DNA from: Escherichia phage vB_EcoS_HdSG1
Reading direction: 5' to 3' (one strand)
Length of the DNA stretch: 63,595 nucleotides
Sequence record: MK373795.1
The position numbers and the translations under genes are program-made. Positions 16,783 through 27,611 of the stretch are shown piece by piece (within the stretch, counting starts at the first letter, position 1; each line of letters starts with the position of its first letter). The notes beneath the pieces were generated by a model, which made no database searches, had not been told where the DNA came from, and saw nothing but the letters and a program-made list of their open reading frames with translations.

Positions 16783-17246
16783 TCCCGTATCCGTTTCATT
16801 GGGTCGAAGATACCCTGAAATCACACTTAGTGAATAACTATGCTGAAATGTCACACGCTATGGCGTGGAAGAACTTGACATTTGATGCCAGCGGCTTTAA
16901 AGTGTGGTTAAAGATTATCAATACCCCATCCAGTGAAGATCCTGTAACGTTAGGCCCTTATGGCGATAATGAAATGCGTGGGTTTTTACAGATTGGTATA
17001 TATTCACAGTTGAATATCGGTATTGAAGAATCTAACGCTGTTCTTGGGCATGTGAGTAAAATCTTTAGTGTGCCAAGACAGCTCCAGGCACCGGACGGCT
17101 GCATGTTAAGACTGACAAGAAAGACGTTTTCCCAGGGCGGGCAGACGTCAATTGCAGACTTCACTCGCGGTGGTGTTGAAGGTGTTTGGGATGCTCAATA
17201 TGTAACAATCTACTGGCTCGCACGTGAGCCTAAACAGAGGATATAA
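16779..17246 (+). CDS. tail terminator protein (putative, positional)
   Basis: 155-aa ORF immediately upstream of major tail protein. Confidence 0.4.
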   Translation: MIPYPFHWVEDTLKSHLVNNYAEMSHAMAWKNLTFDASGFKVWLKIINTPSSEDPVTLGPYGDNEMRGFLQIGIYSQLNIGIEESNAVLGHVSKIFSVPRQLQAPDGCMLRLTRKTFSQGGQTSIADFTRGGVEGVWDAQYVTIYWLAREPKQRI

Positions 17247-17248
17247 CG

Positions 17249-18430
17249 ATGGCTGAAGGTTCACGTTATAGTAGCTATTACATCAAAGAACAGACCTCCG
17301 GTGTCACTCCGTCTAGCGGAACTCTGAAGGTCTTTCGTGCTACTAAATCGGGTCTTGATATTAAAGTCGCTACTCTGCAATCTGAAGAAATTCGAGATGA
17401 CGCGGAAGTGGCGGATTTCCGTCTTGGTGCTCGTCACGTAGAAGGTACAGCAACGGGTGAATTGTCTTATGAGACATTTGACGACCTGTTGGGTGGTGCA
17501 TTACGTGGTACGTTTGCGGGAGAAGCGTTGACCGCAAGTATCGAGCGCCAATCTTTTACCTTTATTGACTATAACGCAGATATTCCGGATTTCCCGTATA
17601 CCATCTATCGTGGTTGTGAAGTTAACAGTCTTGCAATTACTGTAAGTGCTGAAGCTATCACCAGCGTGGAATTCGGTATCGTTGGTCGTACAATGGAACA
17701 GGCTGCTACCCTGCCGTCTGGTCTAAGTAAAGGTACTCGTACGACTACGTCACCTATGGATGGCTTCTCTGGTAAGCTAACTATGGGCGATGTGTCTGTT
17801 GATGTTATCACTGAGATGGCTATTAACATTGAGAACGGCATCGAGCCTCGTTTCGTTGTTGGTTCCAAGTTCTCTATCAAGCCAAGCTCTAAACGTCGTC
17901 AGATCAGTGGTACACTGACCGCCTACTACGAAGATAACAAACTGCGTAGTAAATTCCTGAACGAACAGGAAAGCGACCTAACTATCGACATCCTGGACGG
18001 AACTACTGGTGCTGGTTATCGTTTCAGTATGCCTCGTATCAAGATTACGGAAGCTCCGCGTCCGATCGATGGTGAAGGCGATATCATGCTGAACATGAGT
18101 TATACTGGTCTGTTGGACCAAGACGAAGGTTACAGCATTCGTATTACTAAACTTCCTCCGATGTCTTTCACGACCGATCTTACCGGAAACAAGACTATCA
18201 CTAAAGGACAAACACTAACCCTTTCAGTTGTGGTCAAAGGTGGCGAAGAACCTTATACCTATGTATGGAAGAAAGGTGGTGTTGTTATTCCGGAAGCTAA
18301 ACAAGCGACATACACTAAATCTAACGCACAAGAGGCGGATGCCGGTCAGTATGTATGTGAAGTAACAGATTCACATGGTCGTACTATACCGAGCACACCT
18401 TGCCTTGTTGCTGTTAATCCTGGTGAGTGA
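17249..18430 (+). CDS. major tail protein with C-terminal Ig-like domain
   Basis: 393 aa, RBS AGAGGA; C-terminal approx 90 aa has Ig-like beta-sandwich character (TLTLSVVVKGGEEPYTYVWKKGG...GQYVCEVTD). Confidence 0.65.
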   Translation: MAEGSRYSSYYIKEQTSGVTPSSGTLKVFRATKSGLDIKVATLQSEEIRDDAEVADFRLGARHVEGTATGELSYETFDDLLGGALRGTFAGEALTASIERQSFTFIDYNADIPDFPYTIYRGCEVNSLAITVSAEAITSVEFGIVGRTMEQAATLPSGLSKGTRTTTSPMDGFSGKLTMGDVSVDVITEMAINIENGIEPRFVVGSKFSIKPSSKRRQISGTLTAYYEDNKLRSKFLNEQESDLTIDILDGTTGAGYRFSMPRIKITEAPRPIDGEGDIMLNMSYTGLLDQDEGYSIRITKLPPMSFTTDLTGNKTITKGQTLTLSVVVKGGEEPYTYVWKKGGVVIPEAKQATYTKSNAQEADAGQYVCEVTDSHGRTIPSTPCLVAVNPGE

Positions 18431-18470
18431 TTGGAACGGGGTGCAAACCCCGTTTTATTAAGGAACGATT

Positions 18471-18899
18471 ATGTCTTCAGAAAACAAACAAGTATCCACT
18501 GAAGTTGCAAAGAAAGTTGTTGGTACATCTTTCCGTGACTTTAACTTGAAAAAGAAATTAGAAAACGCTCCGCTGTTGCATTACCCGCTTGTTTTTCCAG
18601 GACAGGGTGATACAGGTCACTGGTTGAAAATTCGCAACCGCCACAGCGAAGAATTTCGTCAAGCAGATTTAAAAGCGCAACGTCAGATCAGTGCGCTTGT
18701 CGTTGCCAACGGATCTTTTGAAAAGATTGATAAGGACATGCTCGACGATATCAATATGCGAGCGTTCTGTAAATTGGTTGCTTCGTGGAGCTTCGAAGAA
18801 GAATGCAACGAAGACAATCTTCTTGAATTCTTTGATAATAATCCGTTTGCGTATGACGACATTAATCGTCTGGCAGCTCAAGATTCCCTTTTTTTCTAA
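18471..18899 (+). CDS. tail assembly chaperone (G-like)
   Basis: 142 aa, acidic, directly upstream of tape measure; ends in a T7 slippery run. Confidence 0.6.
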   Translation: MSSENKQVSTEVAKKVVGTSFRDFNLKKKLENAPLLHYPLVFPGQGDTGHWLKIRNRHSEEFRQADLKAQRQISALVVANGSFEKIDKDMLDDINMRAFCKLVASWSFEEECNEDNLLEFFDNNPFAYDDINRLAAQDSLFF

Positions 18900-19282
18900 G
18901 ATCCCGCGAAAAGTTAATTGATCACTTACTGCTCGAATGGCAATTGCACAGTTGCCCGCCGGGCAGTAAGACTCCAACAATTAAACATCTCCAGCACGTT
19001 AAAAAAGTCACTGGTAAGACTCCCTCCTTACTAGCAAAGTACGAATCCAGCTCCGTACCGCACGAACTCAGATACATTTACAAGTTATTTCTTGACTTTT
19101 ATAATGGTGATAAATTCAGTTACAGCGAATTTAATGCCTGGCAAGATTATATAGGTGTAGAACTTGATTTTAGAGAGCGTGAACTAATTCGGCAGATTTG
19201 TCTTGAACGGCAAGCATTTGATATTAGGCGTCAACAAGAACTTATGCAACACGCTCAGACCAATAATAAAGGAGGTAAATAA
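18471..19282 (+). CDS. tail assembly chaperone -1 frameshift product (GT-like)
   Basis: T7 run 18889..18895 just before the stop; the -1 frame is open from there to 19282 and ends at the tape measure start. Confidence 0.5.
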
Positions 19283-22200
19283 TGGCTGATGCAGCTGACA
19301 TCGTCATTAGAGTCCGTGCTGAAGGTATTCAGAATGCTGAAACAGCACTGCGACGCTTGCAAGCGGCAGGTGTAAGAGTTGAGACTGTCAGCTCGCGTAT
19401 GGAGAATGGTTTTCAACGTGCGGCTACAAGTGCTGACGCATTCCATCATGCCATTAGTGCAATCTATACGGTAATGACTGTAACCACACTGACATCCTAC
19501 GTCGGCGGGCTTGCTAAGTTATCGGATGCGTGGCTGGACGTTACTAACAAACTGGCTAACGCCAACTCTGCAAACGAGCAGATGGTTGATATTCAAGAGC
19601 GAGTATTTGGTATCGCTCAAAGAACTCGTACGAGCCTGGAAGCTACGTCAACTCTTTATGCTCGTATGGAACGTTCACTGAACCAGTACGGTGTGACTGG
19701 TAAACAGGTTGCTCAGATCACTGAAACAATTAACAAGGCAATGATTGTTTCTGGTGCAACCACTGCGGAATCCACTGCTGCTATTATCCAGTTCTCACAG
19801 GGTCTACAATCTGGTGTGTTACGTGGGGACGAATTCCGTTCTGTAATGGAACAAGCTCCTCGTCTTGGTAAGATGATTGCAGATGGTCTTGGTGTTGGTA
19901 CTGCTGGTCTACGTCAGATGGCCAACACTGGACAATTAACCGCTGATGTTGTTATTAACTCCATTTCTAAAGCTGCATCAACCATCGACGATGAGTTTAA
20001 TCGTACAATACCAACGTTCTCCCAACGAATGGAGATTGCGAATAACAACTTAATTAAATTCGCGGGAACGTCAACCTCGGTACAAACTGTGGTCAATTCA
20101 ATGGGTGCTGTCATTGAAACTGCTACAGACCACCTCACCTTGCTGTCTAATATCGCAATCGGTGTTGCTGCTATTGTTGGCGGTCGAATGATTACCGCCC
20201 TGGCCGGACAGATTGCAGCATTCATAAAGCTCAACGCGATACAAGCAAGTAGCTCGGCCATAAACATCAAGACTATTGACGGTATCACAAGATCCGCAGT
20301 AGCTCGATATAATGAAGCACAAGCAACGTTAGCACAGGTTGCAGCCGAGCGTACCAAGATTCAGGCGGCATTGCAAGCCAACCAAACGTATTATAAAGGT
20401 ATAGCGACACTCAACGCATACATGCAGAATACGCGGCAGGTGCGCGAAGCTACGGAAGCGGTTGCTATTGCCCAGACTACCATGCAGGCGCGTATGGCTG
20501 CCGCGACTGTAGCGTCCCGTGTGCTTACTGTCACCATGACAGGCCTGCGGACGGTAATGGGCTTGATGGGTGGACCTGTAGGTGTGGTCACATTGGCTGC
20601 TGCCGCATGGTTCATGTGGAGTCAAAACAGTAAACAAGCTGTCCAGGATGCACAGAACCTTGCTTCCTCTCAAGAAGATTTAAAGAACAAGTTAAAAGAA
20701 ACAACTCTTGAACAACAACGAGCTCTTAGTGTTCAGTTGCAACGTGCCGCTATTACGTTGGACGAACAGATTGCCTCTGAAAACAGGGAGTTGGCTGAAT
20801 TAAAGAACCGTCTTAGCACAGTAACGCGCTATCAAGCTGAAGCAACTGAAGGAACAAGCGAGTATAACCGACTCACTAAAGACCGTAAGGAATTAGAAGG
20901 TGACGTTGCTATTAAGATTGGTGAAATATCTACTCTTGAGCAAAAAGCACAACAGATTAAATCTAATTTAACGACTGTACTGAACAATTTAACTGCTGCT
21001 GTAATGGGTCATACTGATGCACTCAAAGCAGAAAACGAGCAGTTAACTATTAATATCAGTTCTGCTGCCGGTCGTTCGCAGGAGCTAGTTAGTGCAATCC
21101 AAGCTCAGAATAATGAGTTCGATGTTGCTCAATTGAAGATGTCTGGTCATGCACGACAAGCAAGCATCTTAAGAGATGCTCAGACAGCTCTTGGTAAGAA
21201 GTATAAAGAAAACGAATCATTCATCAAGAACTATATTAGCGGTCATGCTGACGCAACTGCTGTATTAACGGATGAGCAACGAGGACTGGTTGAATTTATC
21301 AACTTGTCTGGAAAGAACTATGACGCTCAGAAGAAGATCCATGAGCAGCAAGAAAAAGAACGTCAGAGTAAGAAAGACAATAAAGCTGCCATACGCTATG
21401 CTGAACAATGGGATAAAGCGTACGAACGTGTGGAAGCGCGTGGTGCTACTGGTCTACAGCGTCTTAATTTACAGCAAGAAGCTGAAGTTCGTGCTATTCG
21501 TGATAAAGCTGAACGAGCTAAAGCATCTGAAGAAGAATTACAGAATGCGTTACTAGCTATTCAACGTAAATACGATCTCAAACGTGCAGAACTGGCAGAG
21601 CAGTATAAGCCAGGCGTTGCAATGGTGCGTGCGTACAAAGAAGCCCAGCAAGAAATAAATCAGTTACTTGAAGCTGGTTTATTGACAGAGCAACAAGCAT
21701 ATACGGCTAGATTGAATTTGCAGGCGGATTATTATACAAAACGTGCGCAGATGCAATCTGAATTGAACCCTGCTGGACAAGCCGCTGATCAAGAAGCTGC
21801 TGAACTTGCAACACTTAAATCCCAGTATGAAACAGCGATTGAATTAGCTACTGGCAAAGAAGAGCAACTAACCGCTATCAAAGAGAACTATGAGCGCATA
21901 CGACACGACATTCAGTTGAAGTACGCTCAGAAGCAGATGCTCGCACAGAATCAGACGGCAATGGCTTACATTGAAAGTCTGAGCTCTATGGCTGGGTCAA
22001 TGACCACAATTATGGCGGCTGCTGGCGATGACGCTAGTGGTGCTTACAGGGTTATGTTCGCACTGTCTAAATCGTTCAGTATTGCTCAGTCGATGTTAAG
22101 TATTACCACCGCACTGTCGCAGGTGTTAGCAGATCCGACAGCATTGACACCGATGCAAAAGATGGCCAACTATGCAACTATTGCGGCTGCTGGTGCTAAC

Positions 22201-22542
22201 ATTATCTCGACATTGTCCAGTGTTGCTCTTACTGGTATGGCTCACGATGGTATAGCCAACGTTCCAGAAGAGGGTACTTGGCTTCTCAATAAAGGTGAAC
22301 GAGTTCTTAGTCCCCAACAGAACGCGGACTTTACTAACTTTATGAAGGGTCAATCAAATACTGGCAATAATTCGGGTGGGGGTGTTATCATTAACCAGAA
22401 CTTTAACATCCAGGGTAATGGTGATGCAGCTTTGAAAAGCGCAGTTCAACAAGCTGCGAGAGATGGCGCCCAGCAAGGTTATAACATGGTACTCCAAGAC
22501 TTTGCTAACCGTGGATCAATTAGAAAATTAGCGTTGGGGTAA
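19282..22542 (+). CDS. tail tape measure protein
   Basis: 1086 aa, Ala/Gln-rich helical, follows chaperone pair; RBS AAAGGAGG. Confidence 0.8.
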   Translation: MADAADIVIRVRAEGIQNAETALRRLQAAGVRVETVSSRMENGFQRAATSADAFHHAISAIYTVMTVTTLTSYVGGLAKLSDAWLDVTNKLANANSANEQMVDIQERVFGIAQRTRTSLEATSTLYARMERSLNQYGVTGKQVAQITETINKAMIVSGATTAESTAAIIQFSQGLQSGVLRGDEFRSVMEQAPRLGKMIADGLGVGTAGLRQMANTGQLTADVVINSISKAASTIDDEFNRTIPTFSQRMEIANNNLIKFAGTSTSVQTVVNSMGAVIETATDHLTLLSNIAIGVAAIVGGRMITALAGQIAAFIKLNAIQASSSAINIKTIDGITRSAVARYNEAQATLAQVAAERTKIQAALQANQTYYKGIATLNAYMQNTRQVREATEAVAIAQTTMQARMAAATVASRVLTVTMTGLRTVMGLMGGPVGVVTLAAAAWFMWSQNSKQAVQDAQNLASSQEDLKNKLKETTLEQQRALSVQLQRAAITLDEQIASENRELAELKNRLSTVTRYQAEATEGTSEYNRLTKDRKELEGDVAIKIGEISTLEQKAQQIKSNLTTVLNNLTAAVMGHTDALKAENEQLTINISSAAGRSQELVSAIQAQNNEFDVAQLKMSGHARQASILRDAQTALGKKYKENESFIKNYISGHADATAVLTDEQRGLVEFINLSGKNYDAQKKIHEQQEKERQSKKDNKAAIRYAEQWDKAYERVEARGATGLQRLNLQQEAEVRAIRDKAERAKASEEELQNALLAIQRKYDLKRAELAEQYKPGVAMVRAYKEAQQEINQLLEAGLLTEQQAYTARLNLQADYYTKRAQMQSELNPAGQAADQEAAELATLKSQYETAIELATGKEEQLTAIKENYERIRHDIQLKYAQKQMLAQNQTAMAYIESLSSMAGSMTTIMAAAGDDASGAYRVMFALSKSFSIAQSMLSITTALSQVLADPTALTPMQKMANYATIAAAGANIISTLSSVALTGMAHDGIANVPEEGTWLLNKGERVLSPQQNADFTNFMKGQSNTGNNSGGGVIINQNFNIQGNGDAALKSAVQQAARDGAQQGYNMVLQDFANRGSIRKLALG

Positions 22543-22544
22543 AG

Positions 22545-23135
22545 ATGGCGATATTAACCTGGCCTGAAGCCTTAAGACCTTCTACAATGGACTGGGATCT
22601 CGTATCTAACTCTGTAAAATTTACAAGTCCCTTCAACGGGGCTTCACAGGTTGTAGGATATCCAGGATCACGTTGGAAGGCGAGTCTTAAATTTAATAAC
22701 TTGGACGATTGGGAATCCCGAAAGCTGGAAGTCCTTATTGCTAAGTTGGACGGCATGGTTGGCATGATAAAGTTGCACGACTTCGGTAGATGGGGACGTC
22801 CACCAGTTGGGACACCTGTGGTCAAAGGAGCAAATAATACCGGGACACAGATACAGTCAAGAGGTTGGCTCGCTAAACGCCTTGTTCTACAAGAAGGTGA
22901 TTACATTACTGTCAACAACGAACTCAAACTTGTTACAGAAGATGTATGGAGCGACGCCAGTGGTCTTGCTACGGTGTACTTTGCACCTATGTTAAGAAAT
23001 GTTCCACCTGACGGAGCTAAGATAGAGACTGAAAACCCATTTGGATTGTTTCGTTTATCCGATAACACAAATGGTGTGTCCCGTCAACCCGCATTCAATA
23101 ACTCGTTCACGTTAGAGTTTGAGGAGACTTTTTAA
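22545..23135 (+). CDS. minor tail protein (distal tail, lambda M-like position)
   Basis: 196 aa after tape measure. Confidence 0.5.
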   Translation: MAILTWPEALRPSTMDWDLVSNSVKFTSPFNGASQVVGYPGSRWKASLKFNNLDDWESRKLEVLIAKLDGMVGMIKLHDFGRWGRPPVGTPVVKGANNTGTQIQSRGWLAKRLVLQEGDYITVNNELKLVTEDVWSDASGLATVYFAPMLRNVPPDGAKIETENPFGLFRLSDNTNGVSRQPAFNNSFTLEFEETF

Positions 23136-23720
23136 ATGATATTTAGTCCGTTCAGTGACTCTTTATTGGACTCTATGGAACAACCTAGCGTCACGATGAT
23201 AATTGCAGTTGCAATTTATTTTGATTCGGGAACAACAAGAGTCCACTCTGGTACTGGCGTATTATCTATTGATGGCCAGACATTCGTTGGTGTCGGTAAT
23301 CTTGGTGATGTAGGTGGTGTCACAGAAGAGAATACTACCAGTGCAAGTACGATGTCTCTTACATTAAGTGGACTTGATATGACACTTGTTGGGCAGACAC
23401 TCAATGAAAACTGCGTAGGACGCGATGTGAAATGTTATATCGCTACTATGGATGAAAGAGGGCAAGTGACTAACGCTAACGTCCTTTTTGAAGGTTTTAT
23501 TAGTGATACTGCAATGCAAGCGGGCACAACAAACGCCATCACATATACGGTGTCAAATATATTTGAAAAGTGGTCTTCCGGTATACCGGATCGTTATACG
23601 GATGAAAGCCAACAGCGATTACATCCAGGAGACCGCTTCTTTAGATATGTTGCACAGATGGCGGAGCGTTCAATTTATTGGGGAAGTAAAAAAGATGCAC
23701 CAGGATTCAACTACAATTAA
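23136..23720 (+). CDS. minor tail protein (lambda L-like position)
   Basis: 194 aa. Confidence 0.5.
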   Translation: MIFSPFSDSLLDSMEQPSVTMIIAVAIYFDSGTTRVHSGTGVLSIDGQTFVGVGNLGDVGGVTEENTTSASTMSLTLSGLDMTLVGQTLNENCVGRDVKCYIATMDERGQVTNANVLFEGFISDTAMQAGTTNAITYTVSNIFEKWSSGIPDRYTDESQQRLHPGDRFFRYVAQMAERSIYWGSKKDAPGFNYN

Positions 23721-24129
23721 GATTCCAGGTTGGCAGACGCGCTTGCTAACCACAGTTAACTCCCTCAAAGAAGTTCCTTTCCAATGGGGTCAGAATGATT
23801 GCTGCATCTTTGCCGCTAAGTGTATTGATGCTCAATATGGTACAAAGATTGCAGATGAAGTTGTCGGTCAGTATAACTCAGAGATTAGCTGTAAACGCTT
23901 TATGCTAAAACGAGTCAAAGACACATCCCTAGCAATGGTTCTGGATTCATTCCTACCAGTTCGTGTAGACAGAAAGTTTGCTCAACGCGGTGACGTAGTG
24001 ACATTTAACGGGGATCTTGGCTTAACTGCTGGGGTACTGTGGACAGGTTGCATCTGGGCTATGGGCCCGAATGGTGTTGTTACCTTTAAACTGGCGGACG
24101 TCGAAATCACAGACGCGTGGAGGGTGTAA
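23695..24129 (+). CDS. tail assembly protein, NlpC/P60-like (lambda K-like)
   Basis: ATG 23695; QWGQNDCCIFAAKCI resembles an NlpC/P60 catalytic Cys region. Confidence 0.5.
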   Translation: MHQDSTTIKIPGWQTRLLTTVNSLKEVPFQWGQNDCCIFAAKCIDAQYGTKIADEVVGQYNSEISCKRFMLKRVKDTSLAMVLDSFLPVRVDRKFAQRGDVVTFNGDLGLTAGVLWTGCIWAMGPNGVVTFKLADVEITDAWRV

Positions 24130-27100
24130 ATGCCACCAGCAATAATTGGAGCTGTAGTTGCTATCGGTGCAGCGGCTGGTGCAGCGGCAGGTATTATCAC
24201 AGCCACTACCGCGCTTGTGATTGGTATTGCTGCCAGTGCTGCTGGAGCTCTACTTACAAAAACTCAGAGTTATAACTTTGACTCCTATACACCTCAGAGT
24301 GAGCGTAAACAGGTTATTCGTGCCGCTGCTGCATCCAGGACAGTGATTTATGGAACGACTGTATCCAGTGGTGTTCTTGTATTTGCAGAAGAAGAACCTG
24401 GAGTACAGGATCCAGATAAACATGGTGAGAACTACGAGAAGTTGACTCTCGTATTGGCATTAGCCGGACACGAACTGACCGAAGTAGGACAAGTGTGGTT
24501 AGGGGACGATCCAATAGGTACTTATGCTGGAAACGCATCCTATAAGGTGTACAACAACCCTACTACGGTCAGTCAAGACATGTTGAATCGTTGCCCATCA
24601 TGGAAAAGGGACATGATTGGTAAAGGTATCTGCTGGATGCAATTGAATCTAGTATATGATTCACAGAAGTTCCCAGCTGGGCTTCCTAATGTCAAATGTG
24701 TTAAGAAGGGGCGAAAAGTTCTAGACCCTAGAACTGGTCAGATGGTGTTTAGCAATAATGCCGCCCTTGTGATTTTGGACTATCTTCGAGTGTATCTTAA
24801 ACGCGGAGACGATTCAATTCTTTGGGACCAGTTCAAAGAGGCCGCTAACATATGTGATGAAAGAGTTAAGAACGCAGATGACACGTTTGAATCCCGGTAT
24901 ACTATCAACGGGGAATTTGACATGGATGAAGCACCTTCCAAGATCCTGGAAGACATGCTTGACGCTTGCGGTGGGGAGTTGACTTATATCGGCGGTAAGC
25001 ATGGTATTCTGGTAGGTGCATATTACGGGCCTCCGGAATTAACTTTGGATACGAGTTGCATTGCTGGTGACATTAAAATCACACCAGAGACAGCTTTTAA
25101 AGATCGAACTAATACAATCACAGGTACTTACATCGATCCTCTGCAAAACTATCAAGAAGCAGACTTCCCGTCTGTAAGTGTTTCTGAATGGGTACAGCAA
25201 GACGGTCAAGAGATTACACAAGACGTCGATTATCGTTTTGTCACAAGCCCATATCAGGCTCAACGTCTAGCTAACTTGACGTTGAAACGCAAACGTATTG
25301 GTCGTTCCATCGAGATACCATGTAACATGCGTGGGTATCGTTTCCGTCCAGGTATGTATGTCTACGTTGACATTCCTAATATTGGAATGAACAAAGTAGA
25401 GATGCGTGTTATTAAGTGGCAGTTTGATCCGAAAGGTGGTGTCACTGTAACTGTACGTCAAGACTTCCCGGACTTATGGGACGATGCAATTGGTAAACCT
25501 GTAGAGCGGCCAGATCTAGTGGATCTGCCTACTGGTGGTGCTATGCAACCTCAGAATCTACAGTATGAAGTCTTACAGATTAGCGACGTTGTACAGGGTG
25601 TTCTGTCGTGGCAAAATATAATGGCTGTAGCCTACAACAACGTAGTAATTAAGAAAGATGGTACTACCGTATTGACGGTGCAAGTACCGGGGCAGAGCAC
25701 GCGGATTACGGGACTTATTCGCGGCGCTTATACAGCACATGTGAAAGCTGTGGCGTACACCGGCGCAACAAGCCCAGAAGCGTATCTTGAATTCAATATT
25801 CAAGCACCATCTGCTCCTACGTCTGTTGAAGTAACGCAAGGCTACTTCGCAGTGACATTGAAACCAAAATCTGCGGATCTGGCGAACGTTAGTACACAAT
25901 ATGATTTCTGGACGTCTGGTGAAACAAGATTACCATCCGCCGCTGTAGACGTTGTAGAACGACAGGCCACCCGTGCTGGTATGGGTACAACATGGACTTC
26001 GGAAGGGTTGCTCAATGACCACACTTATTACTGGTACGTGCGAGCAATTAATGCGTTCGGTTCATCAGCATTCATAGAAGTAGCTGCAAGATGCTTCACA
26101 GATGCTGCTGGCCTTATTCCGCAGATTGACACAGAGTTCAAAGGTACTAACACCTATAAAGAACTTATGGCTGAGATTGGAAGCGTCAGCGATGGTGTTA
26201 AGAGTTATGTGGACAACCAAATTGAAACCTCTGAAGGGCGCTTAACTCAAACAATAGATACAGTACAACAATCTGTAGTTCTTGTTGACGGTAAAGTGCA
26301 GCAACAGGGCGTCACAATCAATGAACAGGGGCAGTTAATAGATGCTCAAGGTAAGTTGATCGAGACAAACGGCCAACAGATTAATGTGGTCAAAGCTACC
26401 GTACAGGAAGTCAGTAAGTCCGTTGTGGATCTTGAAGGTAACGTCAACGCTCAGTGGGGTGCCAAGATCCAGGTAGATAGTAAAGGTCAAAAATACGTTG
26501 CCGGTATTCAGTTAGGTATGGAAGGTTCCGGTGGAGCCATTCAATCTTACTTTATGGTCAACGCCAACAACTTCGCTATCTATAACCCAACTAACAGCAC
26601 AGCGGATTTAGCATTTGCAGTTAAAAACGGTCAAGTGTTCATGAAGGCAGCGTTCATTGAGAACGGTTCTATTGATAATGCTAAGATCGGTAACTATATT
26701 CAATCTAACAACTATGTAGCTGGTTCTGCAGGCTGGAAGTTGAATAAAGCTGGGGATGCTGAACTGAATAATGTTGTCGTGAGGGGTACGGTATATGCCA
26801 CAAACGGTAGATTCACAGGCGAGATACAAGCAACTAGTGGGACATTTAAAGGTACAGTTGAAGCAAGTAGATTTATCGGGGATGTAGTCGCAATCTATAC
26901 TTTCCCAGATATATTAAGTATAGGTACGGATATTTCCGGTGAGCAATATAAAGTATACACTTATAATGACTCGTCATCCTCCCCACAAGCAAGATCTGTT
27001 GTATTTGATTGTATAGTGAGAACTACAAATACTACAAATGGATATAAATTAAAACTAACATTAGCAGGTCAATATAGGGAATATGTATTCTATCAAACTA

Positions 27101-27258
27101 ATACTATGATTCCTATAAAATTCGGAGTAAGTGGAGTTACAACACGTAGTATACAACTGATTCTGGATACAGATAGGGGTAGTGGTACACATATAGATAT
27201 AATAGCACCGACATTAACAATAGGGAGAGCTAGTGGTACTTTCACTGTAAGTGGATAA
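24130..27258 (+). CDS. tail tip / host specificity protein (J-like)
   Basis: 1042 aa; N-terminal Gly/Ala-rich hydrophobic segment, large beta-rich body, position after K-like gene. Confidence 0.65.
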   Translation: MPPAIIGAVVAIGAAAGAAAGIITATTALVIGIAASAAGALLTKTQSYNFDSYTPQSERKQVIRAAAASRTVIYGTTVSSGVLVFAEEEPGVQDPDKHGENYEKLTLVLALAGHELTEVGQVWLGDDPIGTYAGNASYKVYNNPTTVSQDMLNRCPSWKRDMIGKGICWMQLNLVYDSQKFPAGLPNVKCVKKGRKVLDPRTGQMVFSNNAALVILDYLRVYLKRGDDSILWDQFKEAANICDERVKNADDTFESRYTINGEFDMDEAPSKILEDMLDACGGELTYIGGKHGILVGAYYGPPELTLDTSCIAGDIKITPETAFKDRTNTITGTYIDPLQNYQEADFPSVSVSEWVQQDGQEITQDVDYRFVTSPYQAQRLANLTLKRKRIGRSIEIPCNMRGYRFRPGMYVYVDIPNIGMNKVEMRVIKWQFDPKGGVTVTVRQDFPDLWDDAIGKPVERPDLVDLPTGGAMQPQNLQYEVLQISDVVQGVLSWQNIMAVAYNNVVIKKDGTTVLTVQVPGQSTRITGLIRGAYTAHVKAVAYTGATSPEAYLEFNIQAPSAPTSVEVTQGYFAVTLKPKSADLANVSTQYDFWTSGETRLPSAAVDVVERQATRAGMGTTWTSEGLLNDHTYYWYVRAINAFGSSAFIEVAARCFTDAAGLIPQIDTEFKGTNTYKELMAEIGSVSDGVKSYVDNQIETSEGRLTQTIDTVQQSVVLVDGKVQQQGVTINEQGQLIDAQGKLIETNGQQINVVKATVQEVSKSVVDLEGNVNAQWGAKIQVDSKGQKYVAGIQLGMEGSGGAIQSYFMVNANNFAIYNPTNSTADLAFAVKNGQVFMKAAFIENGSIDNAKIGNYIQSNNYVAGSAGWKLNKAGDAELNNVVVRGTVYATNGRFTGEIQATSGTFKGTVEASRFIGDVVAIYTFPDILSIGTDISGEQYKVYTYNDSSSSPQARSVVFDCIVRTTNTTNGYKLKLTLAGQYREYVFYQTNTMIPIKFGVSGVTTRSIQLILDTDRGSGTHIDIIAPTLTIGRASGTFTVSG

Positions 27259-27293
27259 AAAATAGGCGCTCTATCGAGCGCCTATAATTTATT
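27256..27293. terminator. bidirectional terminator between convergent genes
   Basis: ATAGGCGCTC / GAGCGCCTAT 10-bp stem flanked by A-run and T-rich run. Confidence 0.7.
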
Positions 27294-27594
27294 TACAACC
27301 TTCAGACCAACCAACACGGTTCATAGCCGGTGAGCAATCAGGTTTGACTTTTTTACCTTTCATCCACTCAGCTTTAGCTTTACCAGCGGTAGTACCTTCG
27401 TAGATGGAAGTCTGGTGCTCAATGTTACTTACTCCACCAGTATGCCCTCCTAATGATGAACCACTACCAGGACCACCAGCTCCACCATTACCAGCTCCAC
27501 CATTACCTGGACCACCAGTACCACCGGAAGGACCAGTCGCGTAAGCAAACGTAGCAGTCATAGAAAGGATAATGGCGCAGATTAAAGTCTTCAT
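27289..27594 (-). CDS. secreted Gly-rich protein (superinfection-exclusion candidate)
   Basis: ATG 27594 with RBS AAAGGAG; signal peptide MKTLICAIILSMTATFAYA; Gly-rich region; two C-terminal Cys; antisense inside tail module. Confidence 0.6.
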   Translation of the reverse strand: MKTLICAIILSMTATFAYATGPSGGTGGPGNGGAGNGGAGGPGSGSSLGGHTGGVSNIEHQTSIYEGTTAGKAKAEWMKGKKVKPDCSPAMNRVGWSEGCK

Positions 27595-27611
27595 TTCGAA
27601 CTCCTTTATGT

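Noticed and set aside
19914-20673. Several antisense ORFs inside the tape measure gene
   Set aside because: Antisense shadow ORFs within a long, compositionally biased gene; Cys/His/Arg-rich nonsense translations.
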